From IMG/VR virus record IMGVR_UViG_3300042402_002792: a stretch of DNA of 64,000 bases. One strand, written 5' to 3'. This DNA is from a virus (lineage: Duplodnaviria > Heunggongvirae > Uroviricota > Caudoviricetes). The notes under the pieces are model-generated. The model did no database searches. It saw only the letters and a list, made by a program, of their open reading frames with translations, and was not told the DNA's origin. This document shows, in pieces, positions 48,441-58,689 of the stretch (within the stretch, counting starts at the first letter, position 1; each line of letters starts with the position of its first letter). The position numbers and the translations under genes were made by a program.

Positions 48441-51400
48441 ATGTCACAATTAGGTCGCATCAGCGGTCAACTTCTTAAAGACAATCTTACACGTCAAGGC
48501 ACAGATCTTGCCCTTGATACAGACTTATTATATCTAAATGTTAACTCAAGATATGTTAGCATTAACACCGATATAACTAGTAAACCGTTATTTGTCAACG
48601 GTGAATTTTATAGTACAAATTTTAATACTACTAGTATAGATGGCATTACCAGTTTTAATTTAGATTTTGTTGCTAATAGTATTATTAGTCAAAATAATTT
48701 AAACTTAGTTGCTTCAACTTATGTTTTTGCAGATAATATTAGAACTGATAACATTAGTATTGACAACAACAGTATTGTTACTTTACAAAGTAACTCAAAT
48801 TTAGAACTTAGGCCTAACGGTGTTGGCACTGTTGAGATTCAAAGTAATACAAACATTACTGGAAATTTAACTGCTACAGGCAGTATTACCTTAGACGGTA
48901 ATATTATATTTGGTGACTCAGACACCGATAATGTAACTTTTTTAGCAGACATTAATACCGATATTATTCCTGATCAAAATGAATTTTATAATTTAGGTAC
49001 TAACTTAAAGCGTTGGAACACAGTATACCCTGAACTTGTAAACGGCGAAGAAATAACATCTTTAGAAATGTTATCAGGCGGTGTTAACCTAGCACTACGT
49101 CAAGGTAACATATGGTATGTTGCCGCTAATGGCAGCAACAGCAACGTTGGCGACCATCAAAGCGGTCCATTTGCTACCATTGCCAAAGCACTTAGTGAAG
49201 CCACTGCCGGTGATACAGTTTTTATCTATCCAGGTACATACACTGAAATTACACCTTTGACTGTGCCAGCAGGAGTTAGTGTTCGAGGATTTGACTTACG
49301 CTCAGTTAATATTATACCAGACTCAACAACTACTAGCGAAAATATATTTTTGCTTAACGGCGAAACTACAGTCAGTGATTTAACTATTAAGAATTTTTAT
49401 TACGACAGTGTTAACGACACAGGTTATGCATTTAGTTTTGCTCCTGGTATGACTGTAACAAGTCGTAGTCCCTACGTTCAAAATATCACAGTATTAACAC
49501 AAGGCACAACAATTACAGTAGATGATCCAAGAGGATTTGCCAGCGGTGATGCAGGCCGTGGTGCCAAAGTTGACGGAAGTTTAGCCACTGCCGTTAGCAA
49601 AGAAGCATCAATGTTGTTCCACAGTGTAACATTCATTACTCCGGGCGTTGATGCACTAGTAATGACCAACGGTGTGCGTGTTGAATGGTTAAATTCATTT
49701 ACATATTTTGCCAACAGAGGCTTGTATGCTACACAAGGCACACTTGGACTAGCAAGTTTAGATGTTAGATTTGGCGCTGAGATTCGAAGCATTGGCTCAG
49801 CTAACGTCTATGGTAACTACGGTGCAGAAGCTGATGGTGCAAGTACATTAATGTACTTGATACAACACAACTTTGCATACATTGGTGCAGGCAAAGATGT
49901 TACCAACGATCCCAGTCTTAATATATCGGCCAACGAGACTATTGAACTAGGTGGCGGAAAAATATATTATCAAAGTTTAGATAACAAGGGCAATTTCAAA
50001 GTAGGTGATGCGTTTGGAGTTAGTTTTGAAACCGGTCGTGTAACTATTAGCGGTATAGGAGTTGGTGCAGGGGGTGTTACTAGTATTACTCTTGCTAACG
50101 GAACAGACGAAACTGTTATCGATGCTACTGAAGTTTTAGTAAACAACATTAGATTTAGTGGTAATACTTTATCCAGTATATACGGTGATGTTAATTTAGA
50201 TTCGGCAACTAATGAACTAAACACTACTAATAATGTTACAGCAATTAATGATATAGATATTACTGGAGATTTTACAGTTGACGGTATGCTTACAATTGGT
50301 AATGCATTTATCGATGTTGTAGAATTTGTTGCACCTGTTGATTACGGGCTACGTGCAATTATTGACAATACTCACAGTTTAGGAAACAGTACTAAGCGTT
50401 GGGATGATGTAATTGTTTTTGATTCATATATCGGTAACTTAAAAGTTTCTGATAATGTAATCACAACACTAGATTCAAATGCTGATTTAGAATTAAGAGC
50501 CGACGGCACTGGTAGAATTTATGTACCAGTTGATAATGTTGAGTTTGATCAAAACTTAACTATTAACGGAACTAGCTACACAAAAAATATTTCTCTAATT
50601 GGTTCTCTACTTCAAGCTGGAAATATACAAAGAACTGGGGACACAACAACTGGTAATTATACTCAGATAGGTAATCAAACTTTTAATGGTAACGGATTGT
50701 ATGATGATGTTTTAGTTACTGGAAATAGTATAACAAGTTCATCAAGCAATGCTAATTTAGTACTAGATGCAGCAGGTACCGGTCGAATCTACATTCCATT
50801 TTCAGATGTACAGGTTATCAATGATTTTGTTGTAGAAGGATTATTAGATGGATCTATTGCTTCAGTAACAACATCAACAACTGCTCAAACATATTCAAAT
50901 AATAATATTTCTATTGGCACAAACATTATTCAAACTACTGTAAGTAATAGTGATCTAGAATTAAGAGCAGCAGGCACTGGTAGAATTTATGTACCAGTTG
51001 ATAATGTTGAGTTTGATCAAAACTTAACGGTTAATGACACTGCAAATTTAGATAATACAAATATTACAGGATTACTAGATTATACAGGAAATATTACAAG
51101 AACAGGCACAACTACACAAATTGGTAATCAAATTATTACTGGAGATTTAACAGTATCAAGTAATGTAGATTTTGGTGACATTGAATTCATCAACAATAGG
51201 TTAATAACTACTAGATCAAATAGCGATTTAGAATTTAAGACAGCAGGGTCAGGCGTAGTTAAATTTATTAGTCCTACAAGATTTGAACAAGCAGCTACTT
51301 TTAATAACGTCTTTACTAGTAACATTACAAATTCTAATACTGTTACTTCAAATATATTCTACAACGGTAACATTGAATTTTATGATAACAATTTAAGAAC

Positions 51401-52682
51401 AACAAATTCAAACAGTGATCTAGTACTGCTGGCTAATAATACCGGTACGATTAGCATGCCATTAGATCCCTTAGTGTTAGGTCAGGATTTTACAGTAACA
51501 TTATCTAGCACATTAAAAAATACAACAATAAATGGATTATTACAGCATGTCGGTGCAACAGTACAAACAGGTAATAATACTCAAACTGGAAATTTTGTAC
51601 TTACTGGAGACTTAACAGTAGGTAACGACGCATATTTTGAAAATGTTAACTTCATTAATAATCAAATAACAACTGTAAATTCTAATAGTAATTTAGAATT
51701 ACGTGCAGCAGGTGCTGGAGCAGTTATTATCAATGATAATTTAATTCTAGGGCAAGGATTAACAGTTACAGGATTATCGAGCACAGTTACTATTAGCAAT
51801 AGTGCGTTAATAACTTCAGAAAAATTTGTTAATAACGATATACTAATTCAAGACAACTATATTACTACAACTCAAAGTAATAGTAATTTAGTTTTATCTG
51901 GAGAATTAACAGGCGGTCCTAGACTAGAACGCATTAAATTTGACAATAATACAATAAGCACTACTACAGGAAATGAAAATGTTGTCATACAAGGTACAAC
52001 AAACAACATAATTTTTAATACTATAAGTGCAGTAAAAATACCAACTGGTACTAATGCCCAACGTCCTACACTAGCGCAAGCAGATTTAAGATTTAATACT
52101 ACCGAAACACTATTCAACGGTTATAGTGGAGCAAAAGTTACTTTTGGCGGAGTATACAGTGCAGATCAAAGAACAAATTTAACAGCTCATCCTACAAATA
52201 ACACACTTAACTTTGTAGCTAATTTAATTCCGTCAGCAACAATTTCTAGCACAGGCATTAATTTAAACGGGTTATCTACTGATAATAATTTACTGTTTAA
52301 CGGAAATACAATTAGCTCACAGTCTTTAAATTCTGATATTTTCTTTACTACTAATGGAACAGGTCAGGTTAAAATTGACGACTTAGGTGTTCGAAGTAAT
52401 CAGTTTAATAATTTAAACACTACACAACCTTTAATACTACAAAATACCGGATTTGGTTACATACAGTTCGCTGGCACAGGTGGACTAGTTATTCCTGCAG
52501 GTGATATTAGCCAACGTCCATTAAATCCTGAAACTGGAGATATTCGTTGGAACAATGAAGACGAACAGGCAGAAGTTTTCAATGGTACTCAATATCAGTC
52601 ATTCCAGGGAGATTCTGGTACAACGCTTACAGGTGAAGAAGTTGAAGATGTAACTAATCTTTGGGCTCTTATACTAGGCTAA
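48441..52682 (+). CDS. Large tail fibre/adhesin with beta-helix domain and ~78-aa repeats
   Basis: WYVAANGSNSN.G.....PFATIAKAL..A.AGDTVFIYPGTYTE (pectin-lyase-like start); repeated NSDLELRAAGTG.IYVP. Confidence 0.7.
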   Translation: MSQLGRISGQLLKDNLTRQGTDLALDTDLLYLNVNSRYVSINTDITSKPLFVNGEFYSTNFNTTSIDGITSFNLDFVANSIISQNNLNLVASTYVFADNIRTDNISIDNNSIVTLQSNSNLELRPNGVGTVEIQSNTNITGNLTATGSITLDGNIIFGDSDTDNVTFLADINTDIIPDQNEFYNLGTNLKRWNTVYPELVNGEEITSLEMLSGGVNLALRQGNIWYVAANGSNSNVGDHQSGPFATIAKALSEATAGDTVFIYPGTYTEITPLTVPAGVSVRGFDLRSVNIIPDSTTTSENIFLLNGETTVSDLTIKNFYYDSVNDTGYAFSFAPGMTVTSRSPYVQNITVLTQGTTITVDDPRGFASGDAGRGAKVDGSLATAVSKEASMLFHSVTFITPGVDALVMTNGVRVEWLNSFTYFANRGLYATQGTLGLASLDVRFGAEIRSIGSANVYGNYGAEADGASTLMYLIQHNFAYIGAGKDVTNDPSLNISANETIELGGGKIYYQSLDNKGNFKVGDAFGVSFETGRVTISGIGVGAGGVTSITLANGTDETVIDATEVLVNNIRFSGNTLSSIYGDVNLDSATNELNTTNNVTAINDIDITGDFTVDGMLTIGNAFIDVVEFVAPVDYGLRAIIDNTHSLGNSTKRWDDVIVFDSYIGNLKVSDNVITTLDSNADLELRADGTGRIYVPVDNVEFDQNLTINGTSYTKNISLIGSLLQAGNIQRTGDTTTGNYTQIGNQTFNGNGLYDDVLVTGNSITSSSSNANLVLDAAGTGRIYIPFSDVQVINDFVVEGLLDGSIASVTTSTTAQTYSNNNISIGTNIIQTTVSNSDLELRAAGTGRIYVPVDNVEFDQNLTVNDTANLDNTNITGLLDYTGNITRTGTTTQIGNQIITGDLTVSSNVDFGDIEFINNRLITTRSNSDLEFKTAGSGVVKFISPTRFEQAATFNNVFTSNITNSNTVTSNIFYNGNIEFYDNNLRTTNSNSDLVLLANNTGTISMPLDPLVLGQDFTVTLSSTLKNTTINGLLQHVGATVQTGNNTQTGNFVLTGDLTVGNDAYFENVNFINNQITTVNSNSNLELRAAGAGAVIINDNLILGQGLTVTGLSSTVTISNSALITSEKFVNNDILIQDNYITTTQSNSNLVLSGELTGGPRLERIKFDNNTISTTTGNENVVIQGTTNNIIFNTISAVKIPTGTNAQRPTLAQADLRFNTTETLFNGYSGAKVTFGGVYSADQRTNLTAHPTNNTLNFVANLIPSATISSTGINLNGLSTDNNLLFNGNTISSQSLNSDIFFTTNGTGQVKIDDLGVRSNQFNNLNTTQPLILQNTGFGYIQFAGTGGLVIPAGDISQRPLNPETGDIRWNNEDEQAEVFNGTQYQSFQGDSGTTLTGEEVEDVTNLWALILG
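50505..51028 (+). repeat. Two identical 56-nt direct repeats inside the fibre gene
   Basis: GGCACTGGTAGAATTTATGTACCAGTTGATAATGTTGAGTTTGATCAAAACTTAAC at 50505-50560 and 50973-51028. Confidence 0.85.
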
Positions 52683-52695
52683 AAACCAAAACGGC

Positions 52696-52825
52696 TAAAT
52701 ACTTGTGATTACGAAAATGACCGATTTTCGTATGGTTAAACTGTGGTAAACCAGCAAAGAGCCTTCGGGATGCGGACTTGATCCAAACTAGGTTAACCGT
52801 GTAACACGGGGTCTAAGGAGAGCGC
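52696..52825 (+). promoter_or_regulatory. Late promoter plus structured cis-regulatory leader
   Basis: TAAATA 52696-52701; TACGAAAAT/ATTTTCGTA, TGG-TAAA-CCA, CC-TTCG-GG and CCGTG-TAA-CACGG hairpins; SD AAGGAG. Confidence 0.65.
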
Positions 52826-55800
52826 ATGAGTCAGCTTGGTCGTATTTCTGGTCAACTTCTAAAAGAAAATCTAACTCGCAACGGCCACGATTTAACATTT
52901 GACAATGACCTGCTACACTTAGACGTAACAAATCGCAGAGTAGGTATAAAGAAAACAAATCCTGCCTACGAGCTAGACGTAAACGGAACTACCCAAACAA
53001 CAGATCTACGTGTTAGCGGTACAGCTAATATTGGAGATTTAACTATCACTGGTGAAACAATCACCAGCAATACTGGTACACTAAATCTTACAAACGGTAC
53101 TGGTGATCTAATAACATATCAAAATAAACTACGTGTTGATAGTATTGATATTGAAAATAACGTAATCAGCACAAACTCTAGCAATACAAATTTAATAATT
53201 AATCCAGCTGGTACTGGATCTTTAGAAATTTTTGCTAACACTAATGTTTATGGTGATATCTATGCTACGGGAAATATTCGTGCAGACGGAAACATCACAA
53301 TTGGTGATGCAAATACAGATAACATTACAATAAATGCCGATATTGCTAGTAACATTATACCTAACATTAATGATACTTACACGTTAGGAAATTCTAGTTT
53401 TAGATGGAAAGACTTGTGGGTTAAGAACATCTACGCTGATGCTATCGACACAGGCTCTGCTATTATTGACGGTGTTACAATAAACTTAGTTCAAGGCAAT
53501 ATATATTATGTTGCGTCAAACGGTAGCGACACAAATTTAGGTGAACATCAAAACGACCCAGTAGCTACAATCAAACATGCGTTAACATTAGCTAGTGCAG
53601 GTGATACTGTTTATATCTATCCAGGCACTTATACTGAATTATTTCCATTAACTGTTCCAGCAGGAGTAACTGTTAAAGGTTCTGGTATTCGAGCTGTTAA
53701 AATTATTCCAGACTCAACAACTACAGGTGCAGATGCTTTCTTACTAAACGGTGAAACTACTGTTGAAGATTTAACCATAGCAGATTTTTATAGTCCTGGT
53801 TATGCGTTTAAATTTGCTACAGGTATGAATGTAACAAGTCGTAGTCCATATATTCGTAACATAACAGTTCTTACTAAAGGTACTACACTGACACTAAGCG
53901 ACCCTAGAGGTTTTGCTAGTGGTGATGCTGGTAAAGGTGCTTACATTGATGGTAGTGTAGTTAATGCAGCTAGTAAAGAAGCTAGTATGCTGTTCCATAG
54001 CGTAACGTTCTTATGTCCAGGCGTTGACACTATTGTAGCTACGAACGGTGTACGAATTGAATGGCTAAACTCGTTTACATATTTCTCAAATAGGAGTATG
54101 TATCTAACCAGCGGATCAACAGGTTTTGCTGGCGCAGGTTTAACAAGATTAAAATTACCAGTCGCTACTAGAACAGGAACATGGGCAGTAGGTAATACAG
54201 TTAGTTATTATGGTACTGATGGTGCAACTGTTTTAGCATCAGGAACAGTGGACAGCATTGACGGAGATTGGATTAACTTAACAGGTAAGGTTGTAGGATT
54301 TCAAATACCAGCCGACCGTGCTCCTAAAACAGTAACTCTTAATGGCGATGCAAAATTAAGTACAGCACAGAAAAAATTCGGTACAGCAAGTCTTGTGTTA
54401 GATGGTACTGGCGATTTTATTACATTAGGCAGTCAAGTTGACTTTGGATACGGTACCGGCGATTTTACTATTGAGTTTTTCTGGAGACCAACCGCTCTAG
54501 GAACTCCTCAAGTTTTACTAGATCAACGAACTGCTACTAATGATACCGCAGTGTATCTTGAAATGAATGCTGCTGGTAACATTAGATTATTTGTCAGTAA
54601 TGCTTATAGAATAACTTCAAGTGTGGCATGTACTGCCGGTGCGTGGAATCATATTGCGTTATTTAGAACTAGCGGTGTAACAACACTAGCAGTTAACGGA
54701 ACAATAACTCCAACTACTTATACAGATACAAATAACTATCCAGCAAGACCGTTTAGGTTAGGTGCAACTTGGACCGGTAGTGCATTATGTACAGGATACT
54801 TCGACGAGCTAAGAGTTGTTAAAGGTGTAACCAAATATACAACATCAGTAACAGTTCCTACAACACAATTTTTAGCAGATACTTCTACAGTATTACTATT
54901 ACACTTTAATGGATTAAACAACAGTACAAACGTTGTCGATGATGGTGTTACCTTTGTAGACATTCGCAGTTCAGCTGGCGGCACCACAACCGACTTAGCT
55001 GTTGCTGATTACTCAGACTTTGGTGCAGAAGTTCGATCAATTGGCTCAGCAGCTATCTATGGCAACTATGGTATCTACGGCGACGGCGATGGCGTTATTG
55101 CCTACCTAATTGGACAAAACTTAGCCTACATTGGTAATGGCAAAGAAACTACAAACGATCCTAACACAGTTATACAAGCTAACGAAGTTGTAGAATTAAA
55201 TCGTGCAAAAATTTATTACAACAGCGTAGATCACAAAGGTGATTTTAGAGTTGGTGATTTATTCTATGTTAATCAAGCAACTGGTGAAGTTAGCTTTACA
55301 AACTCAGATGTTACTATTGGAACAAGTTTAACTTTTGATGATGGCGGCGGAAATATCACTTACATTGACGCTACTAAAATTGAAACTGGCGACTTTAGAA
55401 TCAGTGATAATACTATTGAAACTTTATCGTTAGATTTTAACATTGACGCTGCTAGTAACTTAATTAATTTAAACAGTAACGTAAATATTGCAGGAAATTT
55501 AGATGTTGCAGGTGATGTAACAGTTGGCGGCAATGTTGTAATTGGTAATCAAAATACTGATACTGTTAAATTTATAGCAGGTGTTAATAGTGATATTTTA
55601 CCTAAACTCGATGCTACTTATGATTTAGGTACAAATTTACTAAGATGGAAAACTCTGTTTACTACACAATTAGACAGCGGTGACATTAGAATTAGCACAA
55701 ACACAATTACAACATTTGCTAGTAACTCAGATCTAATATTACAATCAAGTGGCACTGGAAAAATTTATGTTCCAGGAAATAATGTTGAGTTTGATCAAAA

Positions 55801-57955
55801 TTTAACAGTTGACGGTACTACCTACTTAAAGAATACAGAAATTGTTGGAAACATTACGCAAACGGGCGATGTAACACAAACTGGTAATGTAACACAAACC
55901 GGTAACATTAACTTAACTGGTAATTTATCAATAACTGGTTGGACACAGTTTCCTGATATTAGAATTAGTGGCAATACTATTGAAACTACACAAAGCAATA
56001 GTGATTTAACTCTTGATGCTGCTGGCACTGGAAAAATTTATGTTCCATTTAGTGACGTACAGTTTGATCAAGATTTAACAGTTTTAGGTAATTTAGATGT
56101 CGGTAGTTTAACAGTCGACACTAGCATTACATCGTCTACAGCAACAATAGGCGATATTAAGATTGAAACAAATTACATTACTACACTAACTGGCAATGCG
56201 GATCTTGAATTACGTGCAGCAGGTACTGGTAGAATTTATGTACCTCAAGATAATGTTGAGATTGATAATAACTTAACCGTTAATGGTACAACTAATCTAT
56301 TAGATACAACCATTAATGGAACAGTAGTACATGTTGGTAATGTAACACAAACTGGCGATCTAAATCAAACTGGCAATACTAGTATTACTGGCAGTTTGAC
56401 AGTTAGCGATGTTGTACAATTTACTGATATTAAAATTAGTGGCAATACAGTTGAGACTACAATTGGCAATAATGACCTTAGACTGGAAGCAGCAGGTACT
56501 GGTAGAATTTATGTTCCATTAGACAATGTTCAAATGGACCAAACATTAACTGTAACTGGATTAACAACAACTAGTAATGTTACCAACAGCGGAACAATTA
56601 CATCATCTGTGTTTACTACAGGTGACATTAGAATTAATACAAATGTTATTACTACAACAATAACAAACAGTAATTTGGTTATTGAAGCAGCCGGTACAGG
56701 TATTATCAGTATGCCTAACAACGATGTTGTGTTAGGTAAGACTATTAATGTAACAGGTCTAAGTACACTAGCAGATACTAACATTACCGGAACATTGACA
56801 CATGTTGGCAATACTACTAGAACGGGAAATGTAAATCAAACCGGTAATTATAACTTAACTGGCAATTTGACTGTAACTAATGATGTACAGTTAGAAGACA
56901 TTAGAATTGCTGAGAATGAAATTAAAACTACTATAGGTAATAACAATCTTGTACTTAGCGCAGCAGGAACCGGATCAGTAACAGTACCAACTAATAATGT
57001 TCAACTTAATCAAAACTTATCTGTTACTGGAACAACTACGTCAACTAATATTGTTAACAGTGGACAAATAACATCTGGTTCTTATAGTACTGGTGATATT
57101 TTAATCAGCGGAAATACAATTAGAACAACGCAATCTAACAGCAATTTACAATTATTGGCTGCAGGTACAGGTTATATTCAGTTAGAACAGTTTGATGTAC
57201 AAGAAAATGTAATTAGAATTAACACAGGATCTGATTTAGTAATACAGCCAAACGGCACAGGTATTGTTAATATTGATTCTACACAAAGTTTAAAAATACC
57301 AGTAGGTGCTACAGGGGATAGACCTTTAACACCAGCTGCTGGTATGATTAGATTTAACAATCAGCTAAATCGATACGAAGGTTATAACGGTACAAATTGG
57401 ATTAGAATTGACGGTGTTGAAGACGCAGATGGTAACACTTATGTTACAGCAGAGTTAACACCCGGTGCTAACGATAATACATTTAGATTTGTAGTTAATG
57501 GTGTTCAAGTAGCAGATTTAAATAGTTCTAGATTTAACGTAACAGCAGTTGATGTTGATAGTATTAATATTGATAATAATGTAATTTCAACAACACCAAC
57601 AAACACTGATTTAATTGTAAGCCCTAACGGTTCTGGTGCTTTACGTATAGGTAATTTTAGTTTTAGATCAAACCTGATTACAAATACAGTAAATAATAGC
57701 ATTACCTTGTTTAATCAAACAGGCAGCGGTTATGTAAAGATTAATAGCACTGGAGGCTTTGTAATTCCGGTGGGTACTACAGAACAGCGTCCTGCACTAT
57801 TTGATGTTGGCATGATGCGCTTCAATTCTACAGATCAACGTGTAGAAATTTGGGATGGAGCATTATGGGTGGGCGCTGGACAGGGAGCCGGTGGTGGTGT
57901 ATCTGCTGCTGAAGCACAAGATATTGGTATTGTTAGCGCAATTATATTTGGATAA
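52826..57955 (+). CDS. Large tail fibre/adhesin, paralog of 48441..52682 with inserted LamG/concanavalin-like domain
   Basis: Identical start MSQLGRISGQLLK; KFGTASLVLDGTGD..FTIEFF..WNHIALFR..GYFDELRVVKG..LLLHFNG. Confidence 0.75.
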   Translation: MSQLGRISGQLLKENLTRNGHDLTFDNDLLHLDVTNRRVGIKKTNPAYELDVNGTTQTTDLRVSGTANIGDLTITGETITSNTGTLNLTNGTGDLITYQNKLRVDSIDIENNVISTNSSNTNLIINPAGTGSLEIFANTNVYGDIYATGNIRADGNITIGDANTDNITINADIASNIIPNINDTYTLGNSSFRWKDLWVKNIYADAIDTGSAIIDGVTINLVQGNIYYVASNGSDTNLGEHQNDPVATIKHALTLASAGDTVYIYPGTYTELFPLTVPAGVTVKGSGIRAVKIIPDSTTTGADAFLLNGETTVEDLTIADFYSPGYAFKFATGMNVTSRSPYIRNITVLTKGTTLTLSDPRGFASGDAGKGAYIDGSVVNAASKEASMLFHSVTFLCPGVDTIVATNGVRIEWLNSFTYFSNRSMYLTSGSTGFAGAGLTRLKLPVATRTGTWAVGNTVSYYGTDGATVLASGTVDSIDGDWINLTGKVVGFQIPADRAPKTVTLNGDAKLSTAQKKFGTASLVLDGTGDFITLGSQVDFGYGTGDFTIEFFWRPTALGTPQVLLDQRTATNDTAVYLEMNAAGNIRLFVSNAYRITSSVACTAGAWNHIALFRTSGVTTLAVNGTITPTTYTDTNNYPARPFRLGATWTGSALCTGYFDELRVVKGVTKYTTSVTVPTTQFLADTSTVLLLHFNGLNNSTNVVDDGVTFVDIRSSAGGTTTDLAVADYSDFGAEVRSIGSAAIYGNYGIYGDGDGVIAYLIGQNLAYIGNGKETTNDPNTVIQANEVVELNRAKIYYNSVDHKGDFRVGDLFYVNQATGEVSFTNSDVTIGTSLTFDDGGGNITYIDATKIETGDFRISDNTIETLSLDFNIDAASNLINLNSNVNIAGNLDVAGDVTVGGNVVIGNQNTDTVKFIAGVNSDILPKLDATYDLGTNLLRWKTLFTTQLDSGDIRISTNTITTFASNSDLILQSSGTGKIYVPGNNVEFDQNLTVDGTTYLKNTEIVGNITQTGDVTQTGNVTQTGNINLTGNLSITGWTQFPDIRISGNTIETTQSNSDLTLDAAGTGKIYVPFSDVQFDQDLTVLGNLDVGSLTVDTSITSSTATIGDIKIETNYITTLTGNADLELRAAGTGRIYVPQDNVEIDNNLTVNGTTNLLDTTINGTVVHVGNVTQTGDLNQTGNTSITGSLTVSDVVQFTDIKISGNTVETTIGNNDLRLEAAGTGRIYVPLDNVQMDQTLTVTGLTTTSNVTNSGTITSSVFTTGDIRINTNVITTTITNSNLVIEAAGTGIISMPNNDVVLGKTINVTGLSTLADTNITGTLTHVGNTTRTGNVNQTGNYNLTGNLTVTNDVQLEDIRIAENEIKTTIGNNNLVLSAAGTGSVTVPTNNVQLNQNLSVTGTTTSTNIVNSGQITSGSYSTGDILISGNTIRTTQSNSNLQLLAAGTGYIQLEQFDVQENVIRINTGSDLVIQPNGTGIVNIDSTQSLKIPVGATGDRPLTPAAGMIRFNNQLNRYEGYNGTNWIRIDGVEDADGNTYVTAELTPGANDNTFRFVVNGVQVADLNSSRFNVTAVDVDSINIDNNVISTTPTNTDLIVSPNGSGALRIGNFSFRSNLITNTVNNSITLFNQTGSGYVKINSTGGFVIPVGTTEQRPALFDVGMMRFNSTDQRVEIWDGALWVGAGQGAGGGVSAAEAQDIGIVSAIIFG

Positions 57956-57961
57956 AACAAA

Positions 57962-58291
57962 ATGGCATCATTTTTTAGAAATAAAGTTATTAATGAATTA
58001 GGTACTACACAAATTACTGCTTTACAAACAGCAGCAAATAATCGCATGACTCTAATTGGTATGAGTTTTGCAAACTTAACTGGTAGTATTGTCTTACTCG
58101 ATGTTATTGTACAAGATGACAGCTCCACGCAAGGTTTTTATTGTCATCAAATGATGGTGCCTGCTAACAGTAGTTTGAGATTGATTAACGGGGGAGAAAA
58201 ATTAATTTTAGCTGAAAATAATGCACTACTTATACAAGCTAATATTTCTAACTCGTTAGATGTTATTATCAGTTATGTTGAATTAATTTAA
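57962..58291 (+). CDS. Small beta-rich virion protein
   Basis: Paralog of 47554..47859; follows a fibre gene. Confidence 0.6.
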   Translation: MASFFRNKVINELGTTQITALQTAANNRMTLIGMSFANLTGSIVLLDVIVQDDSSTQGFYCHQMMVPANSSLRLINGGEKLILAENNALLIQANISNSLDVIISYVELI

Positions 58292-58302
58292 GGAATAAGA
58301 TT

Positions 58303-58674
58303 ATGTATTATGTAGGTATTGATGCTAGTATGGGGAATTTGCTAGGAGAAGGTAATCCTAGGTATTTCTATGCACTAAGAAGAGACGAAGAAGGCACATT
58401 ATATTTTGCTAAAATAGATCAGCTTACTGATACGGGTTTAGTTACAGTAAACAATTCTGGTTTAACTGAAAATGATTACCCTGACTTTGAATACGGAGTT
58501 GATTTTTTTGATGGTCGTTTAGAAGAAGACCATTCTAGACCGTATACAAACTTACAATGGGATCAATATCGTTGGGATAACAAACTAGCATTTTATTACA
58601 TCAATACAAACGGTGAATTAATTGTGAGAATTAATCAAAACTATGTTTACGATCCTTTACAGGTCGTTAGCTAA
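58303..58674 (+). CDS. Hypothetical virion protein
   Basis: SD AAGGA; YFYALRR..EG.LYF..IDQ, QYRWD..L.YYIN.NGELIVRIN. Confidence 0.55.
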   Translation: MYYVGIDASMGNLLGEGNPRYFYALRRDEEGTLYFAKIDQLTDTGLVTVNNSGLTENDYPDFEYGVDFFDGRLEEDHSRPYTNLQWDQYRWDNKLAFYYINTNGELIVRINQNYVYDPLQVVS

Positions 58675-58689
58675 TAAGGAAAGTTACAA

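Noticed and set aside
52734-52813. c-di-GMP-I riboswitch
   Set aside because: GGTAAACC and GCAAAG are superficially similar, but the GAAA-loop/receptor two-stem layout is not matched; kept as an unassigned leader.
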